From Trichosphaerium sp. ATCC 40318 (lineage: Eukaryota; Protista; Tubulinea), in the NCBI GenBank assembly GCA_038496445.1, contig JALMLS010000030.1:124001-188000 (forward strand): a stretch of DNA of 64,000 bases, given 5' to 3'. This document shows, piece by piece, positions 61,599-64,000 of this stretch (position 1 is its first letter; each line of letters begins with the position of its first letter). The notes under the pieces are model-generated. The model searched no databases, was not told the origin of the DNA, and saw only the letters and a program-made list of their open reading frames with translations. Position numbers and translations under genes: made by a program.

Positions 61599-62859
61599 TT
61601 AAAAGTTACGACGTCTAATTGCCTGTGGAGAGTTTTGAGTTAGCATTCCCGAGCCAATATCAATCTCTAAGCCATCGGTTGCCTAGAAAAACCAGGAGTC
61701 AGTACTTGGAACTGATATAAAAGTTGTTTTTTTGTTGCTAGCATCACATACAGTTCTGCGAATGACATCAACTACTGTTCTTGCTGCTGATACTGGGAGG
61801 TACTCTGTACGATAAACAGTGGAGGTACATGTTGAGTTACTACAAAAGGACTTGAAACAAAAAAAGTGAGTCGTTAGCTACAATCAACACGTGTACATTT
61901 TGGGCAGTTTCTCCAAAGTTTGCGTTTAGGACTTGCTTTCCAGCTTGATCGTAGAAAATGATGAAGAAGTGATCCTCATTTAGTCCCATCTGATATCCGC
62001 TAACATCTTTCATGCATCCTGTAGGACACGTGGCTTCAACAGCGATTTTGGACGAAGACTCAATTGAAGCTCCAACTTTTGGAGATTTGAAAGCTAAATC
62101 GGACTCAAAAGGCAACTGTTGCACTAAGGTATGGCTAACAACGCCTGTGGCAGGGAATACGTTTACATAGGTGAGCGCCTGAGTGCTATCATCGAGTATA
62201 GCCATGTAGGCTTCGAGAACTTCAATGTATTTTGATTCGTATCTTATCGCTTCAGAACACGTGGTGACGCCATTACAGTACGCCTAAAGAAGTGTGAGGT
62301 AATATTAATCGATTTTAAGACGTACTGGAGGTAGTTTGGTGTTGTTGGGGTAAAAGTCTACATTGTATACAAGGCCATACGAAGGATCAGGCACACTTTG
62401 TATTTCTGTATAGAACCCAAGTTAGAAAGTTCATTGCGACATTTCTCAACGGATTGTCATGTCACAAATCAAACTATAAAACGGTTTGCAGGGCGTTTTA
62501 GCGTGTAACAAAGAGGCATAGGAATACGACAAAAAGAAGAAAAGGTAGTCAAGAAAAAAGGCCTCTTAAAAAATCAGGAAGAACTGGAGTGTTTTGCTTT
62601 GAGGGAGGAAGTTATTGTAACACGTGCGTTTAAAAAGTTGGAGTTGAGGAAGACCTGTAGCGAAGTTTCTGCCTAGCTTGTAGTGTGTAGCAATGTTAAA
62701 CTGTTGTAAAGTGTTAGCGAACACGTCGTGATGAACAAAATAAAAACCAATGATTTACTAGTTCTTACGTACACAGACTGGAGAGAAATTGCATAGATCA
62801 GCGTGTACTGAAACAAAAAGAAGACATAGAGCAAAGAGAAGAATCTTATGTGGTGTCAT
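61599..62859 (-). CDS. Secreted hypothetical protein (5 exons)
   Basis: Signal peptide MTPHKILLFALCLLFVSVHA; exons joined through GT-AG introns to ..QAIRRRNF*; no family recognised. Confidence 0.6.
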
Positions 62860-64000
62860 GGTGATGTGATACCTAAATTAACCGGTTTTCTTATCTGACT
62901 TAAATAAAAAGGTGAGCCAAGGAAATGTGTTCATGATTGTTTACGGTATATAGTAGAAAAGGTGCAACGGTTATAAGTATGTAAAGATGTTTAATAGGAC
63001 AAAAGTCAACATTGGTTCAGGCCAAATGTGACTTGTAAGTACAATGCTGTAACCACGCAGCTTGTATATTCACTTCTAATTGTAACACAATGAAAGTATA
63101 CACATTTTGGATGTACAGCACGTCACTTTGTATAAATAATGCCCTTATCAATAGATTTTTTTGTATATGTGTTTGTAAAAGACCTTTAGGTCTGTAGATG
63201 ATAAACAAATTGTATTTGGATGAGCTAAATTAGTCACACATGAAGAGTGTCCCAAATCAGGTGAAGTGTCCCAAAAAAATTTATAATGTTAGAACCTATC
63301 CTTTCTCAATCCTTCTACTCATTCGCAATTCATTTAACTAGACGGCTTTGGGTGGGAAGACATCAACGTCTAGTGACTCTAGCCCGGCACTTGATGTTGT
63401 TTTTACTAGCCAAAACAGCATACAAGTTGTACTGCAATACCATGTTATTTTTGTAATTTCGCAATATTATCGTGGAAAGCGTTTTCGGTTTGTAAGAATA
63501 ATCTATTTAATCAAAGATCGATTGAACTTGTCAACAAAAGTGTTCATTTCATATCATGGAAAAACATCAACTTTAATACTGTTTCCTGCCCAGTATTTAG
63601 TATTTGTGTCCCTCAAGTTTTTTTCTTATATTTTTCTTAATAGTAAATTTTTAACGTTCAGTTTCTCTGCACGTGTTGGTTATCACGTGCTCTTTTACAC
63701 GTAATTCTGGTACAATTATAAGCATGCTCCTTCTCCACTTAAACTAGGTTCCGTGACATATCAGGCTCCTCAGTTCATCAACCTCAAAATTTTACCGCAT
63801 CATACACGTTGTTTGTGCGCAGTGACCTCGTTTTGCTTGGTTAGAGCTCCGTTTGTGAAAGAAAATATTTGGGACACTAATCTGAGATACCTAGATACTA
63901 AAAATTATCAGATATTCGAAAATAAGGCACCTTCATATTTTCAAATACCACGTTGTACCACAGGAAGTGGGATTTGAAAACACCTTTTAAAATATCTAGA

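Noticed and set aside
1-64000. Alternative genetic code to explain short ORFs
   Set aside because: Stops fall in GT-AG introns; stitched exons of conserved genes (cyclophilin, actin, ERI1) read cleanly in the standard code
62900-64000. ORFs 63017-63208, 63348-63704 and 63753-63977
   Set aside because: Low-complexity AT-rich translations with no motifs or convincing splice structure

Overview
AT-rich, gene-dense eukaryotic DNA with many short spliceosomal introns (donors mostly GTACGT/GTAAGT/GTATGT, CTAAC/TTAAC-type branch points). The ORF track therefore shows mostly exon fragments, and I stitched the gene models by eye, so coordinates are approximate. Gene content (Roco kinase, several class C GPCRs, expanded CLU-domain protein, villin headpiece, NCS-1, divergent actin) points to an amoebozoan-like protist; this is inference. 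About 24 genes or pseudogenes are present. Housekeeping genes: peroxisomal 2,4-dienoyl-CoA reductase, acyl-protein thioesterase, Tom22-like, NCS-1, cyclophilin, NBR1-like, ERI1-like. Unusual architectures: PhnD/TtrS-type sensor-EGF-7TM GPCR; CLU-TPR-WWE-LRR-villin headpiece; Roc-COR-kinase-ankyrin-degenerate ADP-ribosyltransferase; an 8-repeat Trp-rich protein; two F-box-like/MORN proteins. A rearranged central region (about 24-53 kb) holds a ~3 kb inverted duplication of a secreted RTX-repeat gene whose copies differ almost only at non-synonymous sites, a GPCR pseudogene split by an intact antisense GPCR, and a 143-bp solo-LTR-like insertion with a 4-bp TSD. Window-wide, the palindrome CACGTG is about 10-fold over-represented and frequently intronic, and several introns appear to use GC donors (GCACGT). 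No rRNA, tRNA or CRISPR was recognised.
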